Shown here one piece after another: positions 40,018-49,811 of a DNA stretch of 64,000 nt. The position numbers and the translations under genes were made by a program. Location: contig JAVHQC010000029.1 of the NCBI GenBank assembly GCA_036170915.1, forward strand, positions 198,850 to 262,849, read 5' to 3'. The notes under the pieces are model-generated. The model was not told the origin of the DNA and did no database searches. It saw only the letters and a list, made by a program, of their open reading frames with translations. The DNA comes from Cyanobacteria bacterium auto_48_18 (lineage in GTDB: Bacteria; Cyanobacteriota; Vampirovibrionia; Obscuribacterales; Obscuribacteraceae). The first letter of the stretch is position 1; each line of letters starts with the position of its first letter.

Positions 40018-42681
40018 TTAGATATTGTCCTTCCAGAACTGGTCATTTCTTTGTGTCGGGCTCTGCTGTTTTTGCCCACTTTCATCGCTAATGCCGCCTT
40101 GAAAATTCTTCAACTCGACATGGACAGCCTTAATCTGTTCACCACAGGCGGTAGCAAGAGCCATCACTTGTTGTGCGCTGAGTTGATTGTCTACAGCTTG
40201 CATCAAATTGGCCAGGTGCCACTTGCTTAAGCGACTGAGAGAGCCAATCTCAAGCGACAGGCTGCTTTTAGAAACAAAAGCCGTCAAACTGGTTTGCAGT
40301 TTTCTCAAAGCTGTATAAATTGCCTCGATGCGTTCACTAATAGAATAGCTATCAGTCTTCACCAGGGCATCCAACTGCTCTTGCAAATCAACCAACAAAG
40401 CTAACAGTACCTTGAGATCAGGATGTTGAGAGTTGGCAGCCCGCGATTTAGATACGTCTGATTCGGCTGGATAGTTGAGGCCCGACCCAAGTGGTGCCTG
40501 CCTAAAGGCCGGTGCCGCTGGAGCACTTTGCTCTGGCGCAATCTGCTGCTGTTTAAGTCTTTCTTGAATCGAACAACCGTAACTAAATTCATCAGTTGGA
40601 GCTTTCCATGACCCAGTAAGGCTCTGAGATCCAGCTGCACTACCCCAACCACCACCAGCAAGAGGCGGACCAGATGGTGGGCAAGGCATGTTCATAGAAG
40701 CTAGACGACCAGCGCCACTTAGAAGATGTGAACTATTTGACCATTGGTCTGGCATTGATACAGGTTGAACCAGTAAACGCGGATCACCGTCGCTAACCAC
40801 GGCCTGATCGATGGCAAGAAAAGCAGTGAAGCGAGTGAGCAAACCGTGTGCAAGAGCCAGTTCTACAATTTCTTTTTGCAGTTCACCAGCATCATCCTGG
40901 CCTACAGCGCGAATTAGATCTTCGAGCTCGGCCACTCTGGCTCTTGCATAAAGCTGTGGCAGAGCCTGATTTTCTGTCGGCAGCAAATCAACCACTTGAG
41001 AATAGCTTTGAGTCTGCGATTGGGCAGTCTGCAATTCGCCACATACAGTAATTTTTTCGGGCAGCTGGTCGTGCTTGACTCTAAAGAAAATTGAAACAGG
41101 TCGTCCTTCAAAGAGGTCTTGTGATTTAGACGGCGCCGCCGTTAACTCGTCTTCGATTTGCAAATCGGTTATTAGTGGTACTCCCATTTCACGCGCCACG
41201 TGAGTTAATGCCGATTCTAGGGCTTCACCAGGAGTGACTAAACTGCAAGTGCCACCACCAAGATTGGCCAGTCGTTTTAAGAAACTATCGTGAACAGCAG
41301 TGTCAATACCAACACTAAAAATGCGACAGTCGGCCATCTGGGTTTGAACAAATTTGAATATTTGGGCATCGTTGCCGATTTCTCCATCGGTGATCACAAC
41401 GACAACTGCCTGCCTCTTTTTCTTCCTGCGTCCCTGAATCAGCTTGCCTACAGCTTCTAAGGCACCGTGCATTTCTGTGCCACCACGCGCCTCAATTTTG
41501 CGCAAGTAAGCTTGACCTTTCTCTAATACTTTTAATGAGGCCGGGAAAAATTGGTCATTGTCTACGCTTCTAAGATCGCTAAACCATTCGATTGCATCAT
41601 CGAATGCGCAAATACTGAAGCGGTCACGAGGGGTGAGAGTATTGAGCAAAATTGAAAGGGCACTGGCAGCGGAACTCATTTTCAGCCCGTGCATTGACCC
41701 TGAGCGGTCAAGAACAAAAACAATATCGCGCGGTGCTAGATAAGTTTCGTTTTCAGCTTTGGCGGGGGGATTAATCGAAACCATACCGTAACAGTATTTT
41801 TCACCATTAATTTCTACCGCTTCACGGCTGATCAATCCCAGAGAACTGGTGGCTCCCTGAGCCAGCTTCCACGATAAAACGAAATCACGATCAAGCATTT
41901 CTTTTTCTTTGGCAAGAGTGACAGTAACGCCATTCTTTTTAAAGGAAGATTTGACTGCATGCTGAGAACAAGCCAAGTCTAAAATTTCGTCTTCGCTACT
42001 CAGTTGCAGATTTACTGTCAATGTCAAATCGATTTTGGCATCAAAGCCTGGAGCCAGCCGTGGTGGGCTAATACGAGAAGCGTCGGGCACAACGTTCGTG
42101 TCAAGCTCAACTCCATCACCTACAGCGGGGCGATTCAAAGCTGTGCCAGGAATATATCTTGGTGCCACCACCAGCGGTAATCTGATTTCGGTATGGCCGC
42201 TGCCAAAATAAGTCAGTCTTTCGCTATAAATGATGGTGACAGTAATTTCTTCACCGGGCATAATATTGCCCACCTGGGCGGTGAAGACGTCGTCTCTCTC
42301 TTGTTCAAGAATAGAGGCCCGTTTGCCCTCGCTCACGGCCTGACGGTATTCTTGGCGCGCTTCACCGCGTTCTTTAATTACACCATCAATGGTGCGGTCG
42401 CCAACTTTCATTTGAAATTTGCTTACTGCCGAAGAGCCGGCCAGCGGGAAAATATAAACAGCTTCAATGGGCTCTTTTAACAAATTGACAAAAGATTGAG
42501 TAACTTTGACCGAAGCGATGCGCTCGACCACGTCTGCTTCTACGGCTACCTTTGCCAGGGGCAGAGCAGGCCTACGCGCCGGTTCGGCGGCATCTTCAAA
42601 GCAGCCAAATGTACGTGTCTGATCACTGTCTTCAATCAGGTTCTCGATTAAGGGTAATTCCGTACTGGCTATTCTGGTCAT
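40018..42681 (-). CDS. VIT (vault inter-alpha-trypsin) + vWA domain protein
   Basis: VIT 'EAVYIFPL...GKRASILEQER'; MIDAS 'DRSGS', 'GGTE', 'ITDG'. Confidence 0.92.
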   Translation of the reverse strand: MTRIASTELPLIENLIEDSDQTRTFGCFEDAAEPARRPALPLAKVAVEADVVERIASVKVTQSFVNLLKEPIEAVYIFPLAGSSAVSKFQMKVGDRTIDGVIKERGEARQEYRQAVSEGKRASILEQERDDVFTAQVGNIMPGEEITVTIIYSERLTYFGSGHTEIRLPLVVAPRYIPGTALNRPAVGDGVELDTNVVPDASRISPPRLAPGFDAKIDLTLTVNLQLSSEDEILDLACSQHAVKSSFKKNGVTVTLAKEKEMLDRDFVLSWKLAQGATSSLGLISREAVEINGEKYCYGMVSINPPAKAENETYLAPRDIVFVLDRSGSMHGLKMSSAASALSILLNTLTPRDRFSICAFDDAIEWFSDLRSVDNDQFFPASLKVLEKGQAYLRKIEARGGTEMHGALEAVGKLIQGRRKKKRQAVVVVITDGEIGNDAQIFKFVQTQMADCRIFSVGIDTAVHDSFLKRLANLGGGTCSLVTPGEALESALTHVAREMGVPLITDLQIEDELTAAPSKSQDLFEGRPVSIFFRVKHDQLPEKITVCGELQTAQSQTQSYSQVVDLLPTENQALPQLYARARVAELEDLIRAVGQDDAGELQKEIVELALAHGLLTRFTAFLAIDQAVVSDGDPRLLVQPVSMPDQWSNSSHLLSGAGRLASMNMPCPPSGPPLAGGGWGSAAGSQSLTGSWKAPTDEFSYGCSIQERLKQQQIAPEQSAPAAPAFRQAPLGSGLNYPAESDVSKSRAANSQHPDLKVLLALLVDLQEQLDALVKTDSYSISERIEAIYTALRKLQTSLTAFVSKSSLSLEIGSLSRLSKWHLANLMQAVDNQLSAQQVMALATACGEQIKAVHVELKNFQGGISDESGQKQQSPTQRNDQFWKDNI

Positions 42682-43217
42682 TTGATTTCTCCCTTAAGAG
42701 ATAAGACCTTTAGGGCCATCTCAATTCGTTCTTTCAACTCTTCACTACTGAGGCTGCTGATGTAATCGTCGGCCACGGTCAGCTTCAAACCGGGTTCTAA
42801 AACTATCTCTCGAAAAACGCGGGCAATTGGGGCTACCGGCTCAAACTTTGTGTTCTTGTTATTCAGGGCAATTGATTCGAGCAAAGCACCGAGCTCAGAT
42901 TCACTGAGACCGTATAGTTTCTCTTGAATGCGTGCCAGCGGCAGTTGAAGCCCCTGCAAAGCCTTAATGGCAAGCAGCTGCAACAGATGCTTCTGGCCAT
43001 ATTTGGCCTGGCGATTTTCGATTATTGGCCGGTCAAGCAAACCAAGAGTGGTGTAATAGCGAATTGTGCGCGAATCAGGCACGGCAGAGATGCGTTGATC
43101 TTTCTGTGCACCATGGACATTCGAAGTGACAACCAGGCCGTATTTATCCAGTAGTCTCGCTACCTCTTGCGATACTTCCTCTAAACTGATCGGCTCTGTG
43201 TGAATTTCGATGCTCAT
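42678..43217 (-). CDS. MerR-like HTH regulator
   Basis: 'RTIRYYTTLGLLDRP...AKYG..HLLQLLAIKALQ'; ATGA overlap with the VIT gene; ATG 43217 preferred over TTG 43229. Confidence 0.88.
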   Translation of the reverse strand: MSIEIHTEPISLEEVSQEVARLLDKYGLVVTSNVHGAQKDQRISAVPDSRTIRYYTTLGLLDRPIIENRQAKYGQKHLLQLLAIKALQGLQLPLARIQEKLYGLSESELGALLESIALNNKNTKFEPVAPIARVFREIVLEPGLKLTVADDYISSLSSEELKERIEMALKVLSLKGEIK

Positions 43218-43252
43218 GACAGTATTCAATCAAATTACTGTCACGCTGTCAA
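43217..43252 (-). promoter_or_regulatory. Putative sigma70 promoter with overlapping palindromic operator
   Basis: Minus strand TTGACA-N17-TTGAAT-N6-ATG; TGACAGTA-N11-TACTGTCA at 43217-43243. Confidence 0.6.
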
Positions 43253-43381
43253 GTTCATCGATTTTATTGGGTTTCCAGACTTTTTGGCTCTACGCTAGGC
43301 CTCCATGGGCTTAGTGCGGGGCCGTTGCCAAGCCTGTATATTCATATATGTAGTTGAAACTGAAAAGAGCAGCAAAAAACA

Positions 43382-43876
43382 ATGAACAAGTTCGCCCGCA
43401 TTCTTCGCCTGATCTCACTGGCAATGCTCTTTGGCGGCTCCACCGCCATTGTTTTTGCCGCCATCACATTAATTAGTGCAGCCAAAGCGCAGGGCATACC
43501 CGTCGCTGAAGCAGCCTCAGTCAACGCACCCCTCTTCATTGAGTTCAGCAAAATAGCACTGATTTTCGCAATCACATTAGTAGTGGCTGAAGCAATTGAA
43601 ATCAAAGGCGATTTGCACAATCTGGAAAAAGGCAGCCGCTGGCATATGGGTCGCTATTTCTCGTCCATCGTTTGCGCCATCTCTACATTTATATTTGCAT
43701 TGGCAATTGTGCCGCAAATGCAGGATGTCAGAGTATTGATGAAAACAGACCCCGCAGCCCATCAGCAATTTCAAAAACTGCATGAGGCCTCACGTCTAAT
43801 ATTTTCCAGCACCATTGTATTTGCCCTGGCCTCACTGGTATTGCCTGTGATTTATTCGAAAAGATCGAACGACTGA
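43382..43876 (+). CDS. Four-TM membrane protein (DUF4149-like)
   Basis: Four hydrophobic helices; 'FQKLHEAS' before the last TM. Confidence 0.7.
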   Translation: MNKFARILRLISLAMLFGGSTAIVFAAITLISAAKAQGIPVAEAASVNAPLFIEFSKIALIFAITLVVAEAIEIKGDLHNLEKGSRWHMGRYFSSIVCAISTFIFALAIVPQMQDVRVLMKTDPAAHQQFQKLHEASRLIFSSTIVFALASLVLPVIYSKRSND

Positions 43877-43928
43877 GCGAATGATTGAGCGAATGACCAA
43901 AGAATGACGTGAAGAAAGGATTTAAATA

Positions 43929-45110
43929 ATGCGCAAATTTTCACTAGCTACCACCGCTATTGTTTTACTGAACTGCTTTGCCGGCACAGCGCAAGCCTAC
44001 GTTGACCCTGCCTTTGACAGAGGCAAACAATTAATGGCCACCCAAGAATGGGATGCAGCTGCCACCGCATTTGGTGAATCGCTCGGCCTCAACTCGACAG
44101 ATCCAAAAGCGTTGACTTTGCGCGGTGAATGTTTTTACAAAATGGGAAATTACAAATTTGCCATCGATGACCTCAATAATTCCATTCTTTATGCCCCCAA
44201 CAATTTAAAAGCACTGCTACTGCGAGGCACTTGCCACAGCCTTCTTGGCCATGATGCCATGGCTATCATTGACTATGAAGCGGCAATTCGCATGGATCCA
44301 GCTCTGGCGAAAAGATTTTTTGCTGCTGGGGGCGCCCAAGTTCCCCATGCAGAACTTGGCACTAAAGCTGATAGCACGTCTCACGCTCACGCCGTTCAAG
44401 ACTATAAAGATGCCATGCGCAATGTCTATCCTGGTGGCTATGTTGATGCCGGCAATCCAGATACGGCAGTCAGCTCAGATGGCCAAACCTGGTCTGGCAA
44501 TGTCGGACCAAACGGCAACCGCAAAGTGGTGGCAATGAGCGAGCCCGGCTCTGTAGGAGCAACTCAGGCTATCGCCATACCAGGAAAGGCCGGCACAGGC
44601 ATGACCAACAATATTAGTGGTATGCCTTACATCAACAGTGACGCGCAAAACAATGCCGGTATGGAAAGTAGTGATACCATTTCTGCCGCCAAAGACAAGC
44701 GTTTTGTCACCAATCTAGACCAAGATCCAAACCGTGGCGAAATTGGCTCACTGGCCGGCACCGGTGTATTTGAAGGCGATGCAAAAAAAGCAATCATCGA
44801 CTACAACCAGGCCCTGGGCCTAGACCCAACTAACGGCGAATATTATTTCCGCCGGGCCAAAGCGTATCAAAAGCTGGAAAAAGTCAATGAGGCCATGGGT
44901 GACTTTGAACACGCCATAGCCCAGTCACCAAATAAGGCACGCTATTATCTTGGCCGCGCATCGCTGTTTTATCAATTAGGCAAAACTGTTTTGCTGCAAG
45001 CAGACATCGAATCGGCGCGCAATTGCGACCCAGATTTACCAACCAAAATACATTTCAATGTGCCACCACTTCCACCAAATGTGCGCTGGGCTGGAGATGG
45101 TGCCAATTAA
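43929..45110 (+). CDS. Secreted TPR-repeat protein
   Basis: Signal peptide ending 'AQA'; two TPR clusters separated by a low-complexity region. Confidence 0.85.
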   Translation: MRKFSLATTAIVLLNCFAGTAQAYVDPAFDRGKQLMATQEWDAAATAFGESLGLNSTDPKALTLRGECFYKMGNYKFAIDDLNNSILYAPNNLKALLLRGTCHSLLGHDAMAIIDYEAAIRMDPALAKRFFAAGGAQVPHAELGTKADSTSHAHAVQDYKDAMRNVYPGGYVDAGNPDTAVSSDGQTWSGNVGPNGNRKVVAMSEPGSVGATQAIAIPGKAGTGMTNNISGMPYINSDAQNNAGMESSDTISAAKDKRFVTNLDQDPNRGEIGSLAGTGVFEGDAKKAIIDYNQALGLDPTNGEYYFRRAKAYQKLEKVNEAMGDFEHAIAQSPNKARYYLGRASLFYQLGKTVLLQADIESARNCDPDLPTKIHFNVPPLPPNVRWAGDGAN

Positions 45111-45131
45111 GTTCAGCCAATTAATTTCAGC

Positions 45132-46130
45132 CTAAGAATTTGGCATAGTTAAAGCATCTACACGACTGGTAATGTCAGATCCTTCGAGTCGCAGTTTTAA
45201 ATCGCGATAAAAGAATCCATAACCGATGTAAGTGATGGCGAACATCACGATAGTCAGAACCGTATCAAACGCCGCTTCAACTACCTCAAGGTAGAAAGGC
45301 GACTCGGTAGAGTTAAAACCGCCGTGATTGAGCTTTTCAATCAGATAGGCAATCTGCACAGGGCTGTTGACCGAAAAATAAATAAGGCCGACAAATATTC
45401 CCAGAAGGCAGGCAAACGAGCCGCCACGCCACAGTCTGTATCTCAAAAAAAAATACGTGCGCTTGCATGAATCGACTAATGAATGAGATTCGAATGTCAC
45501 CACCGCAAGCAACATGGAAGCAGAGAGCGAGCTGATCGAAACTGCCACAGTGGAAACGAAACCAATAAAACCATAAAGAACCGTTGAGATGCCCAGTCGC
45601 AGGGCTTCAGGAATTGAGCTGACCAAATTTACAGTCATTACCAGCAACACAACGCAGATAATCAAACAGGCAAGCGGTGGAAAAAGCGCGAGATTGTAGA
45701 CGAGGAAAATTGTGCCGAAACGCTTTTTGAGAGCAGCATAACTGGCCGCATAATTTGGTTCGAGGCCTAATTCTGTGCGCACCATAGCCGAGCAACGCAC
45801 ACAAAGCTCAAGCAAACTAAAGAACCAGACAAATACACCCAACAAAACGAAAGCCATGTGCGACAAAAAGGGCTGCCAGGCAAGCATGGAATGTGAGGCA
45901 ATCTTGAGCCACTGACTAAAACTATAGAAGGCCAAATGCTCGCCGATACTGCCCAGCAATGCAGGCACAAACAATACTTTGAAGTAAAGTTTGTAATGCA
46001 GGCGGAAACGACGATAAGACAGGCTAACCAGGTCACCGAGAGACAATATTCGTGCTGGCAGCGGTTCAATAAGTAAAGACAAAGCAGAGATCCTGAGGAG
46101 CCACTCTAAGCCCAGTATAATATCTAACAT
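45132..46130 (-). CDS. Integral membrane protein (GDPD membrane-domain-like)
   Basis: ~6 TMs; 'LSLGDL' start motif; C-terminal 'FYRDLKLRLEGSDI'; start uncertain. Confidence 0.7.
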   Translation of the reverse strand: MLDIILGLEWLLRISALSLLIEPLPARILSLGDLVSLSYRRFRLHYKLYFKVLFVPALLGSIGEHLAFYSFSQWLKIASHSMLAWQPFLSHMAFVLLGVFVWFFSLLELCVRCSAMVRTELGLEPNYAASYAALKKRFGTIFLVYNLALFPPLACLIICVVLLVMTVNLVSSIPEALRLGISTVLYGFIGFVSTVAVSISSLSASMLLAVVTFESHSLVDSCKRTYFFLRYRLWRGGSFACLLGIFVGLIYFSVNSPVQIAYLIEKLNHGGFNSTESPFYLEVVEAAFDTVLTIVMFAITYIGYGFFYRDLKLRLEGSDITSRVDALTMPNS

Positions 46131-46156
46131 CTATAGAAACCGGACAAAGCACAGGC

Positions 46157-47491
46157 ATGCAAAGAGTCTCCAACAAACGCACATATCTCGACCCGATTCA
46201 TCAAGATATCGTTCTCGACCGATCTATTCCCGCTGAGCGCCTGGTTGTAGACCTGATTGATGCTGTTGAGTTTCAGCGGATGCGCCGAATTCATCAGCTG
46301 GGCGTCTCATATTTCACTTTCCAGGGGGCTGAAGGCTCGCGCTTCACCCACTCGGTGGGCGTAATGCACGTGGCCTCACAGCTCAGCAACATACTTTCAA
46401 GCCGCTGTGAGTCTGCCGAGAAAGAACGGGCACTGATGCTGACGTCGGCACTTTTACACGATGTAGGGCACGGGCCTTTCAGTCATGTAACAGAGAAGAT
46501 ACTTGGTTACGATCATGAAGACTGGTCATGCAAGATTATTTCGGGCGACACGCAGATTCGCTCAATTCTCGACTCATATACCGAAGAACCGGGCCTGGCA
46601 GATAAAATTGTGCAGGTTTTGAAAAAGACCTACAAGCCAAGTTATGTGTCTCATGTGGTTTCAAGTCAACTCGATTGCGATCGTTTTGACTATCTGTTGC
46701 GAGACAGCTATATGACCGGCACTGCTTATGGTCTTTTTGCTTTGCAGCGCATCTTGCGATCAATTGAAGTTGATGAAGAGAATGACCGTATGCTGGTGGT
46801 GGGTGAGAAAGGCCAGATTGCAGTTGAGGATTATCTTTTCGCCCGTTATTCAATGTACGCCCAGGTTTATTATCATCGTAAGAATCTGGCAGCTAGAGCC
46901 TTGCTTGGTAAATTGATCAAACGTGCCTTGCACGTCATCAGTCAGGGTGCAGGCTCAATTGCCTTTATCGACGAAGCCACAGGCAAATGGCTCACCGGCG
47001 AAGCACTGACTGTTGATGAATATTTGAGCCTTGATGACATTCAACTGGGCTATCACATCAAGCGCTGGCTCAAAGACAAAGACGCCATTCTTGCTGATCT
47101 ATCTCATCGCTTTCTCAATCGTCGTATTTTCAAAGCATCGCGCATCAACACGCAAATACCCGAAGAAATAGAACATATCGAGCAACAAGCGCGCAAAGCG
47201 GTTGCGGCTCTGGGATTCGATCCTGACTATTATGTGGCAGTAGAATCTACCGGTTTTGTGCCTTACGACTATTATCGACCTGACTCTGACCACCCGCAAA
47301 CCAATATAGTGGTGCGCACCGATAATGGTGACATCAAAGAATTGTCGCAACTTTCGCTTGCAGTAGAAGCGCTGGTCAAGGGCAATCACACATCATACTG
47401 GCTTATCTATCCGCAAGAAGCGACTGAGGCAGTGGACAAAATTCGTAGTGCAAATAAATTAGGAATAGACAAAACATGTTCGACAATCTAA
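46157..47491 (+). CDS. HD-domain phosphohydrolase (dNTPase/SAMHD1-like)
   Basis: 'DPIH', 'FQRMRRIHQLG', 'SRFTHSVG', 'LLHDVGHGPFSH', 'LDCDRFDYLLRDS'. Confidence 0.92.
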   Translation: MQRVSNKRTYLDPIHQDIVLDRSIPAERLVVDLIDAVEFQRMRRIHQLGVSYFTFQGAEGSRFTHSVGVMHVASQLSNILSSRCESAEKERALMLTSALLHDVGHGPFSHVTEKILGYDHEDWSCKIISGDTQIRSILDSYTEEPGLADKIVQVLKKTYKPSYVSHVVSSQLDCDRFDYLLRDSYMTGTAYGLFALQRILRSIEVDEENDRMLVVGEKGQIAVEDYLFARYSMYAQVYYHRKNLAARALLGKLIKRALHVISQGAGSIAFIDEATGKWLTGEALTVDEYLSLDDIQLGYHIKRWLKDKDAILADLSHRFLNRRIFKASRINTQIPEEIEHIEQQARKAVAALGFDPDYYVAVESTGFVPYDYYRPDSDHPQTNIVVRTDNGDIKELSQLSLAVEALVKGNHTSYWLIYPQEATEAVDKIRSANKLGIDKTCSTI

Positions 47492-49029
47492 CCGATAGAC
47501 TACAGGGCGCTTTCAGAACTCTTGCCGGCACCGACAAGATGACGCACGACAACATCGAAGAAGCCATTCGCGAAGTGCGCAAGTCGCTTTTAGAAGCCGA
47601 CGTCAGTTTGAAAGTTGTGAAAATCTTCATCAGCAATGTGCGCCAAAAAGCGCTTGGCACTGAAGTTATCGAAGCAGTTTCACCTGGACAACAATTTATC
47701 AAGATTGTCAGCGACGAACTGGTCACCATACTTGGTGGCGAGAATGTACCACTTGATTTAAAAGGCGCACCTGGAATTATCATGATGGTGGGTCTGCAAG
47801 GAGCCGGTAAAACCACAGCTTGCGGCAAACTGGCTCTTAAGCTCAAAGGTGAAGGTCAAAACCCACTTCTGGTTGCATGCGACGTGCAGCGCCCGGCAGC
47901 CATTCACCAGTTGCAGACTTTAGGCAAACAAGTAGATGTTCCAGTTTTCACCATTGAAGCCAGTCAAGACGTACAAGACATCGCCGAGAAGGCCATCGAC
48001 CTTGCAAAAGAAAGAGGCTACAACCCGGTTATTCTTGACACCGCTGGTCGTCTGCAAATTGACACTGCCTTAATGGCCGACTTGCTGATTCTCGACAGAT
48101 TGCTGCAACCATCAGAAAAAATTCTCGTTGTAGACAGCATGACTGGCCAGGAAGCAGTAAACGTCGCTGAGACTTTCAACACGCAATTAGATTTGACGGG
48201 GCTTCTGCTGACCAAAATTGACGGTGATGCCAGAGGTGGTGCCGCCCTGTCTGTGCGCGAAGCCGTGGGCAAACCAATCAAATTTATCTCCACTGGTGAA
48301 AAGTTAGACAATCTGGAAACGTTCTATCCAGACCGCATGGCCAGCCGCATTCTCGGTATGGGCGACGTGCTCACCCTGGTTGAAAAAGCGCAGAAAAACA
48401 TCGACGAAAAAGACGCCGAACGCGCAGTCATGGATATGTTCTCCAATGATTTCTCATTTGAAATGTTCGTCAACATGCAAAGCATGATGAAAAAAATGGG
48501 CAACATGGGCGACGTCATGAAAATGATGGGCATCGGCGGCATGCTCGGACTTTCATCAGAAGACCAGAACAAACTGGCCACTGAAGGCGAAGCGATGATG
48601 AACAAATACGAGGTTGCCATCGCTTCCATGACAAAAGAAGAAAGGCGCAAACCTGAACTGATTGATTTCCCCAGACGCCGGCGCATCGCTCGCGGCTCTG
48701 GTCTCAAAGAAAATGAGATAGGAAAAATGTTAAACGAGTTTGAGAAAATGCGCGAAACCATGCGTCAGATGAAACAGATGTTGGGTGGAATGGGCCCGCT
48801 GGCCGGCCTTATGGGTGGCGGCAATCCGTTTGGCGGCGGCGGCGCTGGTGGTGGTATGGGCGGAATGGGCAATTTGTTCGGTGGCGGTGGCACCCCAAAG
48901 ATGCCTCCGATGCCGCCAGGCTTCAAAATGCCTCCTGGTTTTCCAGGCAGTATGGGCGGCGGAGCCAGACCAGGTGCTCCTGGAAGTGCAAGCCCTTATG
49001 GCGCCCGTAAAAAGAAGAAGAAAAAGTAA
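47476..49029 (+). CDS. ffh: Signal recognition particle protein
   Basis: 'GLQGAGKTT', 'DTAGR', 'TKIDGDARGG', Met-rich M domain 'RRRRIARGSG'. Confidence 0.98.
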   Translation: MFDNLTDRLQGAFRTLAGTDKMTHDNIEEAIREVRKSLLEADVSLKVVKIFISNVRQKALGTEVIEAVSPGQQFIKIVSDELVTILGGENVPLDLKGAPGIIMMVGLQGAGKTTACGKLALKLKGEGQNPLLVACDVQRPAAIHQLQTLGKQVDVPVFTIEASQDVQDIAEKAIDLAKERGYNPVILDTAGRLQIDTALMADLLILDRLLQPSEKILVVDSMTGQEAVNVAETFNTQLDLTGLLLTKIDGDARGGAALSVREAVGKPIKFISTGEKLDNLETFYPDRMASRILGMGDVLTLVEKAQKNIDEKDAERAVMDMFSNDFSFEMFVNMQSMMKKMGNMGDVMKMMGIGGMLGLSSEDQNKLATEGEAMMNKYEVAIASMTKEERRKPELIDFPRRRRIARGSGLKENEIGKMLNEFEKMRETMRQMKQMLGGMGPLAGLMGGGNPFGGGGAGGGMGGMGNLFGGGGTPKMPPMPPGFKMPPGFPGSMGGGARPGAPGSASPYGARKKKKKK

Positions 49030-49040
49030 CGCAAATGCTG

Positions 49041-49079
49041 AGCGTCTATTGCCCGTATGACATCCGGTCAATAGACGCT
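49041..49079 (+). terminator. Strong hairpin downstream of ffh (no U tract)
   Basis: AGCGTCTATTG...CAATAGACGCT 11-bp stem, extendable by CCG/CGG. Confidence 0.5.
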
Positions 49080-49256
49080 GCCTGGCTCAATCTGGCCGTC
49101 TCGAGAGCAAAAGCGTATCGCTAGCTTAACAACATATACAGTAAAGACATACAGGCTGAGCGATTCAGCTGTTAGAATAACGAATCGCACGCAAGTACAA
49201 AAAATACGAAGAGTACTGAGAAGTACACTGAGTACAGTTTGGAGAACACAGTCACA

Positions 49257-49520
49257 GTGGTAAAGATACGGCTAAAGCGCGTCGGCCAAAAGAAAGCCCC
49301 GCATTACAGAATCGTCGCCGTTGACTCTAGAAGTAGAAGAGACGGTATGCCAATCGAAGAGCTTGGCTACTACAACCCCCGTACTAAAGAGTTGGTTGTC
49401 GACAGAGAAGCGGTACAAAAATGGATGACACACGGCGCCCAGCAAAGCGAAACGGTAGCAAGCCTTTTAAAAAGAGCACCTCTCGCAGCGGCAGCAGGCC
49501 AGGCGGCTTTGGGCGCGTAA
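49257..49520 (+). CDS. rpsP: 30S ribosomal protein S16
   Basis: GTG start; 'VKIRLKRVGQKKAPHYRIV..DSRSRRDG..IEELGYYNP'. Confidence 0.97.
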   Translation: MVKIRLKRVGQKKAPHYRIVAVDSRSRRDGMPIEELGYYNPRTKELVVDREAVQKWMTHGAQQSETVASLLKRAPLAAAAGQAALGA

Positions 49521-49774
49521 GGCCCCAAGTCGATTCAACGGCTGCAGAAGATTTGGCAGAGTACATTCTTAAGGTACTGGCCAAAGATCCTGACGCCCTC
49601 CAATTTGAGCGTGAAACTTATAATCCCGGCCGTTGCCGAGTGTCTGTCACTTGCGATCCGCTTGTGACCGGACGATTGATCGGTAAAGACGGCAGAACGA
49701 TAACTGCCTTACGTTCTTTGATTCGTGCAGCTGCCAGTCGTTTTGGCAAACGCGTCGACATCGAGATTACGTAA
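49421..49774 (+). CDS. khpA: KH-domain RNA-binding protein (KhpA/YlqC); start uncertain
   Basis: 'GRLIGKDGRTITALRSLI' GxxG motif; conserved position after rpsP; may instead start at TTG ~49553. Confidence 0.85.
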   Translation: MDDTRRPAKRNGSKPFKKSTSRSGSRPGGFGRVRPQVDSTAAEDLAEYILKVLAKDPDALQFERETYNPGRCRVSVTCDPLVTGRLIGKDGRTITALRSLIRAAASRFGKRVDIEIT

Positions 49775-49811
49775 GTCTGTTCGTTTGCGCACTACATAAG
49801 AGAAGCAAGCA

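Noticed and set aside
49030..49200. SRP RNA (ffs) beside ffh
   Set aside because: The hairpin lacks the domain IV CAGG/GNRA/AGCA signature
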